Shown here in pieces: positions 50,566-59,894 of a stretch of 64,000 nt of DNA. Numbering within the stretch: the stretch's first letter is position 1; every line of letters begins with the position of its first letter. The stretch spans positions 10,523 to 74,522 of the forward strand of contig CAJTJY010000013.1 of assembly GCA_910576975.1 (NCBI GenBank), written 5' to 3'. This DNA comes from an uncultured Lachnospiraceae bacterium (GTDB lineage Bacteria > Bacillota > Clostridia > Lachnospirales > Lachnospiraceae). The notes under the pieces were generated by a model, which saw nothing but the letters and a program-made list of their open reading frames with translations, did not search any database and was not told the DNA's origin. Made by a program: the position numbers and the translations under genes.

Positions 50566-51873
50566 ATGAGCAGGAAACCATATGCGGAACGAAATTTAAA
50601 ATTTGAAACATTGCAGTTGCATGTTGGACAGGAAGAGCCAGATCCGGCTACAGATGCCAGGGCAGTCCCGATTTATGCCACGTCTTCCTATGTGTTCCAT
50701 AATTGCGACCATGCGGCGGCAAGGTTTGGGTTAGAGGACGCCGGGAATATTTATGGAAGGCTGACAAATCCCACCCAGGATATTTTTGAAAGGCGGATTG
50801 CGGCACTCGAGAAAGGCACAGCGGCGCTTGCGGTTGCCTCTGGCGCAGCAGCGGTCACTTATACGATTTTGAACCTTTCGAAAAATGGCGATCATATCGT
50901 GGCTGCCAACAATATTTATGGCGGGAGCTACAACTTGCTGGAACATACGCTTCCAGAATATGGCGTTTCCACGACTTTCGTCGAACCCTCAGATCCTGCG
51001 AATTTCGAACGTGCAATCAAAGAGCATACCAAGGCGATTTATATTGAGACTCTTGGCAATCCCCATTCCGATGTCAGCGATATCGAAGCTATCGCAAAGA
51101 TTGCGCATCAGCATCAGATTCCCCTGGTGGTCGACAATACCTTTGCAACTCCATATCTGGTAAGACCTATCGAGCATGGAGCAGACATTGTGATTCATTC
51201 TGCCACGAAGTTTATCGGCGGGCATGGAGTCGCCATCGGCGGGGTGATCGTAGACGGCGGAACGTTTGACTGGGAAGCCTCGGGAAAATTTAAAGCGCTC
51301 ACGGAACCAAATCCCAGTTATCACGGAGTGAGCTTTACCAAGGCGGCGGGAGCGGCGGCGTTTGTGACCAAGATCCGCGCCACTTTGTTAAGAGATACCG
51401 GAGCGACGCTTTCCCCGTTCCATGCGTTTCTCTTTCTGCAGGGCCTGGAGACCTTGTCCTTAAGAGTGGAACGCCATGTGGAGAACGCCTTGAAAGTGGC
51501 AAAATATTTAAATCGTCATCCGAAAGTGGAACGGGTGCATCATCCCTCCGTCAGCGCTGATTGCAGACAGCAGGAATTATATCGAAAATATTTTCCAAAC
51601 GGAGGAGGTTCCATTTTCACTTTTGAAATCAAAGGGGATGACCGGACGGCGAAAGATTTCATTGACAATCTTGAAGTATTTTCGCTGCTGGCGAATGTGG
51701 CAGATGTGAAATCGCTTGCCATCCATCCGGCGTCCACCACTCATGCCCAGCTCAATGAAGCGGAAGCAAAAGAGCAGGGCATTGCCCCAAATACCATTCG
51801 TCTGTCGATTGGGACAGAACATGTCGACGATATCATCGAGGATTTGGAAGAGGCATTTCGGGCAATAACTTAA
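50566..51873 (+). CDS. metY: O-acetylhomoserine sulfhydrylase
   Basis: [40 protein letters not shown]. Confidence 0.92.
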   Translation: MSRKPYAERNLKFETLQLHVGQEEPDPATDARAVPIYATSSYVFHNCDHAAARFGLEDAGNIYGRLTNPTQDIFERRIAALEKGTAALAVASGAAAVTYTILNLSKNGDHIVAANNIYGGSYNLLEHTLPEYGVSTTFVEPSDPANFERAIKEHTKAIYIETLGNPHSDVSDIEAIAKIAHQHQIPLVVDNTFATPYLVRPIEHGADIVIHSATKFIGGHGVAIGGVIVDGGTFDWEASGKFKALTEPNPSYHGVSFTKAAGAAAFVTKIRATLLRDTGATLSPFHAFLFLQGLETLSLRVERHVENALKVAKYLNRHPKVERVHHPSVSADCRQQELYRKYFPNGGGSIFTFEIKGDDRTAKDFIDNLEVFSLLANVADVKSLAIHPASTTHAQLNEAEAKEQGIAPNTIRLSIGTEHVDDIIEDLEEAFRAIT

Positions 51874-51901
51874 ATTGAGAAAATTAAGGAGGAAGCTATT
51901 T

Positions 51902-52834
51902 ATGTCAGGTATTTATCAGGGAATGCTGGACTTGATTGGAAGCACCCCTTTGGTGGAACTAAAAAATATAGAGAAAAAGTTTGATTTGAAAGCCAGGGTG
52001 CTGGCGAAGCTGGAATATTTTAATCCGGCGGGAAGCGTGAAAGACCGCATCGCCAAAGCGATGATAGAAGATGCTGAGAAAAAGGGGCTCTTAGGGGAAG
52101 GTTCCGTGATTATAGAGCCGACGTCGGGGAATACCGGGATCGGCCTTGCAGCCATTGCGGCGGTAAAAGGCTACCGGGTCATACTGACGATGCCTGAAAC
52201 CATGAGCGTGGAACGCAGGAACATCTTAAAAGCATATGGCGCAGAGCTGGTGCTCACGGATGGGGCAAAAGGCATGAAAGGAGCCATTGACCGGGCGCAA
52301 GAGCTGGCAAAGGAGATTCCAGGAAGCTTTCTTGCGGGGCAGTTTGAGAATCCTTCCAATCCCGAGATGCACAGAAAGACCACCGGACCGGAAATCTGGG
52401 AAGACACCGAAGGGACAGTGGATATGTTTATCGCAGGCGTGGGAACCGGAGGGACCATCACCGGGGTCGGGGAATATTTAAAGTCCCAGAAGCCAGAAGT
52501 GAAAGTGGTGGCGGTGGAACCGGACGCCTCCCCGGTGCTTTCCCAGGGAAAGAGCGGTCCTCATAAGATCCAGGGGATCGGGGCTGGATTTGTGCCAGGC
52601 ACCTTGAATACTCAGGTGTATGATGAGATCTTTGCGGTTGCAAATGAAGCAGCTTTTGAGATCGGCAGAGAGCTTGCCAAGACAGAAGGCGTGCTGGTGG
52701 GCATTTCCTCTGGAGCTTGTTTGCATGCCGCCATAGAGCTTGCGAAACGCACCGAAAATCAAGGCAAGACCATCGTGGCGCTGCTGCCGGACAGCGGAGA
52801 CAGATATTATTCAACGCCGTTGTTTGTAGAATAG
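51902..52834 (+). CDS. cysK: Cysteine synthase A
   Basis: [31 protein letters not shown]. Confidence 0.95.
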   Translation: MSGIYQGMLDLIGSTPLVELKNIEKKFDLKARVLAKLEYFNPAGSVKDRIAKAMIEDAEKKGLLGEGSVIIEPTSGNTGIGLAAIAAVKGYRVILTMPETMSVERRNILKAYGAELVLTDGAKGMKGAIDRAQELAKEIPGSFLAGQFENPSNPEMHRKTTGPEIWEDTEGTVDMFIAGVGTGGTITGVGEYLKSQKPEVKVVAVEPDASPVLSQGKSGPHKIQGIGAGFVPGTLNTQVYDEIFAVANEAAFEIGRELAKTEGVLVGISSGACLHAAIELAKRTENQGKTIVALLPDSGDRYYSTPLFVE

Positions 52835-52844
52835 GCGAAAAAGA

Positions 52845-52939
52845 GACTGTTACAAAATGGCTGCTATATATAGGGTGTGGTATTTAGACCACGGGAATTT
52901 CATCCGTGTCTTGTATGGAAGCTGCATTTTGCAACAGTC
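52845..52939. repeat. Short inverted-repeat element or terminator after cysK
   Basis: GACTGTTACAAAATG ... CATTTTGCAACAGTC (14/15). Confidence 0.65.
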
Positions 52940-52996
52940 CTTTTAAATTGGTTTTGATCACATCATTAATTTGTCAAAAATATTTGAGTTTCTTCG

Positions 52997-53240
52997 TTTT
53001 GCAATTCATAGTGCCAAAAGGATTCCATCACAAAGTGGGGCTGTCGCACGAAGATATTCACTTGGTCAAAAGGTTTCCATTGCAAAGCAATGCAAACAAA
53101 ATGCACAAAAGTCATCTTGGAAAGCTAGCTTTCCAGAGTGATTTTTGTGCATTCTGTCTTTGCCGCATGAGCGGCAAGACCTTTTGACCAAGTGAATATC
53201 TTCGTGTGACAGCCCTCTTTTGGCACTATGAATTGCAAAA
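52997..53240. repeat. Compound palindrome (MITE/REPIN-like) upstream of cas6
   Basis: Perfect 24 bp outer arms, 36/37 bp inner arms, imperfect central stem centred on AAAGCTAGCTTT. Confidence 0.9.
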
Positions 53241-53430
53241 TGGGGAATCTCGAAGTCAAAATAGATGGAGAAATTTGTAAAAATATGGTATAATGAAAAA
53301 AGTCGTGACGCCGTATGAAACCAAGCGGCGGAATGTGTCTGTATGTGCAAAAATGCGCACATCATACGAGCAAATTGTCAAAGGGCATTGATAGATATCA
53401 GTATAGAATATATGGAGGGGGAGTTTTCAT

Positions 53431-54222
53431 TTGTTTGCAAAATTACAGCTTGAGCTGAAAACCGCTGAGTGTGACATGTTGCATTGGCAGAAGGCAGTTC
53501 TCTTACAAAGCGTTCTTATGGAGCAGATCTCGCAGGAATATGCAAAAGAGCTTCATAAGTCTCAGCTGCATCCTTACCGCCAGTCGGTGGAACATCAAAA
53601 TGGAAAAAATATATGGACAGTCTGCACTTTCAATGAGGAAGCTTATCAGCAGGTGATCCTGCCGCTGCAAAGCAGCCAATTCAAAGAGTTTGAGATCGCG
53701 CACAATGGGTGGAAGCTATCTGTTGGAAAAAAAGAACTAGTGCAGATGGACGTCGGTGAATTTATGGAGCAGTATTATTTTACAGCTGCAGAGCGTTATC
53801 TTAAGATTCAATTCCAGACGCCTGCGGCATTTAAGCGGCAGGGGAATTATGTATTTTTTCCAGAACTGCAGCTAATTTATCAAAGTCTGATGAATAAATA
53901 TGATGCGGCTTCAAAAGAGGAAACTGTGGCGAGCCAGGAAGTGCTGCAAGAGCTCGTGCAGAGCAGCCAGATTGCCGGGTATCGTCTCAGAAGCTGCAGC
54001 TATTCGGTTCATGGGTCAAAGGTGCCTGCATTTTTCGGAGAGATTAAAATTCGTATCAATGCGCCCCAGGCTTTGGTTAACTTTGCAAATATGCTGTTTC
54101 ACTTTGGAGAATATTCTGGCATAGGGATAAAGACCGCTATGGGGATGGGGAGCATTAAAGTGTTAGGAGGAGATTATGACAACAGAGAAAATGCAGTTAA
54201 TTGTCGGCGGACTGCTCCATGA
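53431..54222 (+). CDS. cas6: CRISPR endoribonuclease Cas6
   Basis: LHPY.Q, F.TP..FK..G, G-loop GEYSGIGIKTAMGMG. Confidence 0.93.
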   Translation: MFAKLQLELKTAECDMLHWQKAVLLQSVLMEQISQEYAKELHKSQLHPYRQSVEHQNGKNIWTVCTFNEEAYQQVILPLQSSQFKEFEIAHNGWKLSVGKKELVQMDVGEFMEQYYFTAAERYLKIQFQTPAAFKRQGNYVFFPELQLIYQSLMNKYDAASKEETVASQEVLQELVQSSQIAGYRLRSCSYSVHGSKVPAFFGEIKIRINAPQALVNFANMLFHFGEYSGIGIKTAMGMGSIKVLGGDYDNRENAVNCRRTAP

Positions 54223-56551
54223 TGTGGGCAAAGTGGTTTATCGGCAGGGAGATCAAAGAAATCACAGTGTCAGCGGATATGAGTTTCTAAGCCAGGAAAT
54301 TCAATTAGAAGAGAAACATGTGTTGGAGTCTGTGAGGTATCATCATGGCGCAGAGTTGGAAAACGCTGATATTTCCTCTGGGTCTTTTGCATATATTACC
54401 TATTTTGCGGATAATATTGCGGCGGCAGCGGATCACAGGAAGAAGCAAGAGAAAGACAGCGGATTTGATCAAACAATGCCTTTGCAATCGGTGTTTAATA
54501 TTTTAAACGGCAACCGGGGAACAAGGCATTATCGTCCGGAAATGCTAGGGGAGTGCACGGATATTAATTTTCCAACGGAGGAGGAAATTACATTAGACGA
54601 GCATTTTTATCTCGCTGTTAAGCAGAATCTGACAGATAACTTTCGGAGAATTGTCTGGGAAGAAGAATATTTGAATTCTCTTCTGGGGATTTTGGAGGAG
54701 AATTTAAGCTTCATACCATCTTCCACGGCAAAGGATGAAATGGCGGATATTTCTTTGTATGATCATTTGAAACTGACAGCGGCGCTTTGCGCCTGCATTT
54801 ATGATTACTTGGAGGAGAAACAAGTGAGTGATTATAAGGACAGGCTGTTGGAGCATGGGCGGGAGTTCTGCAAAGAAAAGGTGTTTGCCTTGTTTTCCAT
54901 GGATATATCAGGAATTCAGAATTTTATTTATACCATACACAGCGAAGGGGCTTTGCGTAATCTTAGGGCGCGTTCTTTTTATCTGGAAATCATGATGGAG
55001 CATGTGGTGGATACTTTGTTGGAGCGAATAGAGCTGTCAAGGACAAATCTGATTTATTCCGGAGGAGGCCATTGCTATATCCTGATGCCGAATACAAGGA
55101 GAACCTGGCAGGTGGTGCAGCAGTTTGAGAAGCAGTTAAATGACTGGCTGACGGAGCAGTTTGACATCTCCCTCTATATGGCTGCAGGGCTGGCGGAATG
55201 TTCTGCATTGGATCTGCAAAATGAGCCCAGGGGCAGCTATTCTGATATTTTTCGGAGGGTGAGCGCTGCCATTGGAGAGAAAAAGTCTTCCCGCTACACG
55301 GCGGCGCAGATTCGCAAGCTAAACGAGAGAAGCTACAACGATTATGCCAGGGAATGCAAGGTGTGCAAAAAACTTGACCGTTTGACAGAGGAGGGGCTTT
55401 GCAAAAGCTGTGCCTTAATCCTTCAGTTTTCGAAAGACATTTTATATCGTGATTTTTTTGTGATTTTTTGCAGTCCCCGCAAGCAAGGCGTGCCCTTGCC
55501 TTTTGGAGCATGTCTGGCGTCAAGGCAGGAAGAGGGGATTGAGGAATGCATGAAGCAGGACGCTTATATTCGCACATATGGCAAGAACCAATTCAGTTCT
55601 GGGAGGCATATTGCATCCAGGATGTGGGTGGGAAGCTACACTACGGGAGATACCATGGAAGAGCTGGCGCAGCAGGCAAAGGGAATCCGGCGGGTCGGAA
55701 TTCTCCGGGCGGACGTCGATAATTTGGGAACAGCCTTTGTGTCAGGATTTGAAAATCAGGACAACGGGGACAAATATGTGACCTTGTCCAGGACGGCGGC
55801 ACTTTCGAGACAGCTCTCGATGTTTTTTAAATACTATATAAACGGAATATTGGAACATCCGCAATATAGGATGGGACAGAAAGAGGAGTCGCGGCGAAAA
55901 GCAACAGTGGTGTATTCCGGCGGCGACGATTTGTTTATCGTGGGCGCTTGGGATGACATACTGGAACTGTCGCTAGACATTCAACAGGCATTTCAGAAAT
56001 ACACGGAAGCAACATTGACCATTTCAGCAGGGATCGGCGTTTACCAGCCCAAGTTCCCGATCCATGTCAGCGCTTACGAGGTAGCGGATTTGGAAGAGGA
56101 ATCCAAAATGCGTCCGGGGAAGAATGCGGTTACGATTTTGCCGGACGGAAACTCTCATCAGGAACTGGACAAAGAGAGCGGCGTTGCCTTTGAAATCAGC
56201 GATGGAACGTATTCTTGGGAAGCATTAAAAGAAGAAGTCATTGGGGAAAAATTGCGGGTTCTTTGGGGTTTCTTTCAGTATTCGGAGGACAGGGGGAAAA
56301 GCTTTCTGTATCATCTGCTGCAGCTGGTACGGGGACAGGAAGATAAGATTAATCTGGCAAGGTATGTGTACCTTTTGGCACGGATGGAGCCTGGAGAACA
56401 GGCAAGCCAAGAGGAGAAAGATCGCTACCAGCTGTTTTCCAGGGAGATGTATAAATGGATCCACAGCGAGGAGGATTGCAGGCAGCTTAAGACGGCTATC
56501 AATTTGTATGCATATCAGATCAGGGATAAGGAGGAAGACGAATGGCGATAA
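54176..56551 (+). CDS. cas10: Type III-A Cas10/Csm1 with HD and GGDD motifs
   Basis: LLHDVGK, DISLYDH, DISGIQ, DVDNLG, YSGGDDLF. Confidence 0.96.
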   Translation: MTTEKMQLIVGGLLHDVGKVVYRQGDQRNHSVSGYEFLSQEIQLEEKHVLESVRYHHGAELENADISSGSFAYITYFADNIAAAADHRKKQEKDSGFDQTMPLQSVFNILNGNRGTRHYRPEMLGECTDINFPTEEEITLDEHFYLAVKQNLTDNFRRIVWEEEYLNSLLGILEENLSFIPSSTAKDEMADISLYDHLKLTAALCACIYDYLEEKQVSDYKDRLLEHGREFCKEKVFALFSMDISGIQNFIYTIHSEGALRNLRARSFYLEIMMEHVVDTLLERIELSRTNLIYSGGGHCYILMPNTRRTWQVVQQFEKQLNDWLTEQFDISLYMAAGLAECSALDLQNEPRGSYSDIFRRVSAAIGEKKSSRYTAAQIRKLNERSYNDYARECKVCKKLDRLTEEGLCKSCALILQFSKDILYRDFFVIFCSPRKQGVPLPFGACLASRQEEGIEECMKQDAYIRTYGKNQFSSGRHIASRMWVGSYTTGDTMEELAQQAKGIRRVGILRADVDNLGTAFVSGFENQDNGDKYVTLSRTAALSRQLSMFFKYYINGILEHPQYRMGQKEESRRKATVVYSGGDDLFIVGAWDDILELSLDIQQAFQKYTEATLTISAGIGVYQPKFPIHVSAYEVADLEEESKMRPGKNAVTILPDGNSHQELDKESGVAFEISDGTYSWEALKEEVIGEKLRVLWGFFQYSEDRGKSFLYHLLQLVRGQEDKINLARYVYLLARMEPGEQASQEEKDRYQLFSREMYKWIHSEEDCRQLKTAINLYAYQIRDKEEDEWR

Positions 56552-56946
56552 CGGAGAGCGATTATGTGGAAAAAGCGGAACATGCGGTTTTAGAGCATAA
56601 GAAAGAAATGGTTGATAATAATCAACGAAGCAAAAAGCCTATTGGAATGGTTACCACCTCGAAGATAAGAAATCTGCTTGCAATGTCTGCGGACATTTAT
56701 AACGAGGTGATCAATTGCCGCAGTGAAGCGTTGAGTGAAGAGATCCGCGGGAGGATCAGTTATTTAAAAATCCGCTTTATCTATGAGGCAGGAAGAGAAC
56801 CGTCTGTCAAGAGTTTTATCGAAAAGGCATGTATTTTGAATTACATAAAAGAAATCAATGGCTCCAAGAAAAAGTATCTGCTGTTTCACAAGTATATGGA
56901 AGCGCTGGTGGCATATCACAGGTACTATGGCGGAAAAGATAATTAG
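56542..56946 (+). CDS. csm2: Type III-A small subunit Csm2
   Basis: TTSKIRN, YEAGR, YMEALVAYHRY. Confidence 0.95.
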   Translation: MAITESDYVEKAEHAVLEHKKEMVDNNQRSKKPIGMVTTSKIRNLLAMSADIYNEVINCRSEALSEEIRGRISYLKIRFIYEAGREPSVKSFIEKACILNYIKEINGSKKKYLLFHKYMEALVAYHRYYGGKDN

Positions 56947-56957
56947 GGGGAAGGATT

Positions 56958-57629
56958 ATGTACGCAAAAATACGGGTTACAGGGAAAATAGAAGTGTTGA
57001 CAGGGATGCATATCGGCGGCTCTTCTGTCTTTGCAGCCATTGGAGCAGTGGATGCCCCAGTGATCAAGGATGTGAGGACCAATGAGCCTATGATTCCAGG
57101 AAGCTCTTTAAAAGGAAAGATCAGGAGCCTGCTGGCTAAGTCCTATAATGAAAAACCAGTCGTAAAGCCGGACGAAGATCATGAACGTCTAGTGAGGCTG
57201 TTCGGCTCAGCGAAAAAGGGGGCGGTCAAGACTAGCCGCATCATGATTTCGGATATGATGTTGGAGAACGCCCGCAAATTGCGGGAGCATGGACTGCAGA
57301 GCCTTACAGAGATAAAGTTTGAGAATACGATTGACCGTATTACGGCAGTGGCAAATCCCAGGCAGATAGAACGGGTGATTAGAGGGTCGCAGTTTGATCT
57401 GGATATTATGTATGAATTCTACGAAGAGGGAGAGAAGGAGCAGGAGATTGCAGAGGATTTTGAGGTTCTGGCGCAGGGGATGAAGCTGCTGCAGTATGAT
57501 TACTTGGGTGGAAATGGTTCCAGGGGATATGGAAAGATCAAATTCTGTGATTTGATGGCAAAGACGGCAGTGGGCGAGATTTCTCAGGAAATTCTGGAGA
57601 CGTGCAACAGACTGTTAAAGGATGTGTAA
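56958..57629 (+). CDS. csm3: Type III-A RAMP Csm3
   Basis: TGMHIGG...IGAVD, IPGSSLKGK, ANPRQIERV, YLGG.GSRGYG. Confidence 0.96.
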   Translation: MYAKIRVTGKIEVLTGMHIGGSSVFAAIGAVDAPVIKDVRTNEPMIPGSSLKGKIRSLLAKSYNEKPVVKPDEDHERLVRLFGSAKKGAVKTSRIMISDMMLENARKLREHGLQSLTEIKFENTIDRITAVANPRQIERVIRGSQFDLDIMYEFYEEGEKEQEIAEDFEVLAQGMKLLQYDYLGGNGSRGYGKIKFCDLMAKTAVGEISQEILETCNRLLKDV

Positions 57630-57632
57630 AAC

Positions 57633-58568
57633 ATGGAGTATAAAATTTTGAAATTTGCGTTTACCACAGGCGTTCATTTTGGAAAAAGAACTTTGGACGA
57701 CACGGAGTTTGCTTTGGGAGCGGACACGATTTTTTCTGCGCTTTGCCAGGAGTATTTAAAGCAAGGAGAACAAGAGCTGAAAAGTTTTGTTGAGAAAGCG
57801 GCGGCAGGAGCGATTCGCATTTCAGATGCTTTGCCGTATATTGGCGATACCTTTTATCTGCCGAAGCCGATGCTCAGAATTGAAACTGAGCAAAAAGATG
57901 GGGATTCTGGGATCAAGAAGGCTTATAAGAAACTGAGCTATGTTCCGGCGCAGAAGCTGCAGCAGTACTTAGACGGCACGTTAGACGTCAAACAGGAAAG
58001 CGATCGGTTTAAAAAGGGGCTTGGGAACAAAGTGATAAAGGTCAGTGCGGCAGTAAGGGGAGAGGAGGAGACGCTTCCCTACCGGGTGGGCGCTTATTAT
58101 TTTAAGCCCCAAAGCGGACTGTATCTGATATTGGGATATGAAAGAAATGAGGATGCAATAGAGGTGGAAGACAGCCTGTCGGCGTTGGGCTTATCTGGAA
58201 TCGGGGGTAAAAAGACGGCGGGATTGGGTCGTTTTGAATTGAAATATGGAACCTTTTCAGAGGATATGATCAAACGGCTCAAGTCGGAACACGGCTCTGT
58301 GTATATGTCGCTGTCTTTGAGCCTGCCTGCTCTGGAAGAACTGGAGGAGGCGTTGCAAGAGGCGCGTTATCTGTTGGTCAAGCGCAGTGGATTTGTGATG
58401 TCGGAAAATTATGCTACGGAACAGTCCAGAAAACGGGATCTGTATGTATTTCAGTCGGGCGCCTGTTTCCATAGAAAATTTGAGGGGGATATTTATGATG
58501 TGGGCGACCGCGGCGCACATCCGGTATACCGTTATGCGAAACCCCTCTTTTTGGAGGTGAGGTCTTGA
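57633..58568 (+). CDS. csm4: Type III-A RAMP Csm4
   Basis: VHFG, DTIFSAL, YLPKP, GIGGK...G.G.F, HPVYRY. Confidence 0.95.
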   Translation: MEYKILKFAFTTGVHFGKRTLDDTEFALGADTIFSALCQEYLKQGEQELKSFVEKAAAGAIRISDALPYIGDTFYLPKPMLRIETEQKDGDSGIKKAYKKLSYVPAQKLQQYLDGTLDVKQESDRFKKGLGNKVIKVSAAVRGEEETLPYRVGAYYFKPQSGLYLILGYERNEDAIEVEDSLSALGLSGIGGKKTAGLGRFELKYGTFSEDMIKRLKSEHGSVYMSLSLSLPALEELEEALQEARYLLVKRSGFVMSENYATEQSRKRDLYVFQSGACFHRKFEGDIYDVGDRGAHPVYRYAKPLFLEVRS

Positions 58569-59683
58569 AACATGTATTAAAAGTATATGATGCGGAGCTG
58601 ACGGCGGAGGGTCCGGTATTTATTGGAAATGGAAAAAAAATTGGCAAAAAAGAGTATGCGTTTTCCCCTTGGAAGAAGCAGATTTCCGTGCTTGATCCAT
58701 CTAAGCTGAGCGATCTTTTGTCCAAGAAGAATCTGATATCAAAATATGGCGCCTTTATGCTGGGAAGCAGCAGGGAAGATTTAGGAAAATGGCTGATAAA
58801 CAATCAAGTTGCAGAAGAGGAGTACATGCCATGTGTGCGATATCATCTGGACTGTCAGGATGCGGTCATTGATACCAACAGCAAATTGACTGTGTTGGAA
58901 TTCGTAAAGGATGCTTATGGACTGCCATATGTTCCAGGGAGCTCTATAAAGGGCATGCTGCGCACGGTTCTGCTGGCATATGATATCAGAAAACATTCGC
59001 AGAAATATAAAGAGCTGAAAGAGAATATTGAAACAAATATCAGAAGCAACCGTGGAAAACGGCGGAATATCTGTAAGAGAGAATCAGGCGAGATAGAGTC
59101 ATGCTGTTTTCGGACATTAGAAAGGCCTGGAACAAGAAAACACGATGCTGTGAATGACCAGATGGCGGGAATCATTGTCAGCGATAGTGAACCTTTGTCG
59201 GTGGATGATCTGGTGCTTTGCCAAAGGGTGGAACTTCACACGGATGGGAAAGAGCGGAAGCTGAATATGCTCAGGGAAATGCTTCGTCCAGGCACAAAAA
59301 TTCGTTTCCAGGTTACGATTGACGCTAGCATTTGCGATATGACAGAGAAAGACATCAATCAGGCGGTTTCTTATTTTGGAAAAAATTATTTTGAGTGTTT
59401 TTTGCAAAAATATCCGGGCATGGATGCGCCTTCCGAACAATCTGTCTGGCTGGGAGGCGGAGCCGGGTTTGTTACGAAGACGGAAGTTTATCCGTTATTT
59501 GGTACAAGTCCTGGAGTGGAGTTGACGGCTAGGATTTTTAAGGCAGTCGGTGTTCCAGACAAACATGGACACGGCAAGGATAAAGGTCTGGGCGTCTCTC
59601 CTCATATTTGCAAAGTGGCAGATTATCATGGAACCAGGCATCCGGTGGGGCAATGCCGGCTCCGGCTTTTTACGCATCCTTGA
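58565..59683 (+). CDS. csm5: Type III-A RAMP Csm5
   Basis: PVFIG.G, PYVPGSSIKG.LRT, LGGGAGF.TKT. Confidence 0.93.
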   Translation: MKHVLKVYDAELTAEGPVFIGNGKKIGKKEYAFSPWKKQISVLDPSKLSDLLSKKNLISKYGAFMLGSSREDLGKWLINNQVAEEEYMPCVRYHLDCQDAVIDTNSKLTVLEFVKDAYGLPYVPGSSIKGMLRTVLLAYDIRKHSQKYKELKENIETNIRSNRGKRRNICKRESGEIESCCFRTLERPGTRKHDAVNDQMAGIIVSDSEPLSVDDLVLCQRVELHTDGKERKLNMLREMLRPGTKIRFQVTIDASICDMTEKDINQAVSYFGKNYFECFLQKYPGMDAPSEQSVWLGGGAGFVTKTEVYPLFGTSPGVELTARIFKAVGVPDKHGHGKDKGLGVSPHICKVADYHGTRHPVGQCRLRLFTHP

Positions 59684-59894
59684 GATGGCGCCGCTAGCTG
59701 CTGACGAAAAAAGATTTTTCTGGAACTTGAAAATATAAGGTATGGGGAAATGGTGAGCTGTTTCCCCCGAGGCTTGATTTTGCTAGATTTGTAATGATTA
59801 TTAATTACCATCTTGCCATTGGTTTAATGAGAACAAAGTTCCCCCCGTAAAATGCATTGCCAAGCGTGAAATTTACTGGGGTGCAGAAGGTGGG

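Noticed and set aside
52906..53365. Two opposite-strand ORFs sharing GLSHEDIHLVKR and MHK.H.GKLAFQ.DFCAFCL
   Set aside because: The shared peptides are a by-product of the DNA palindrome; no convincing RBS.
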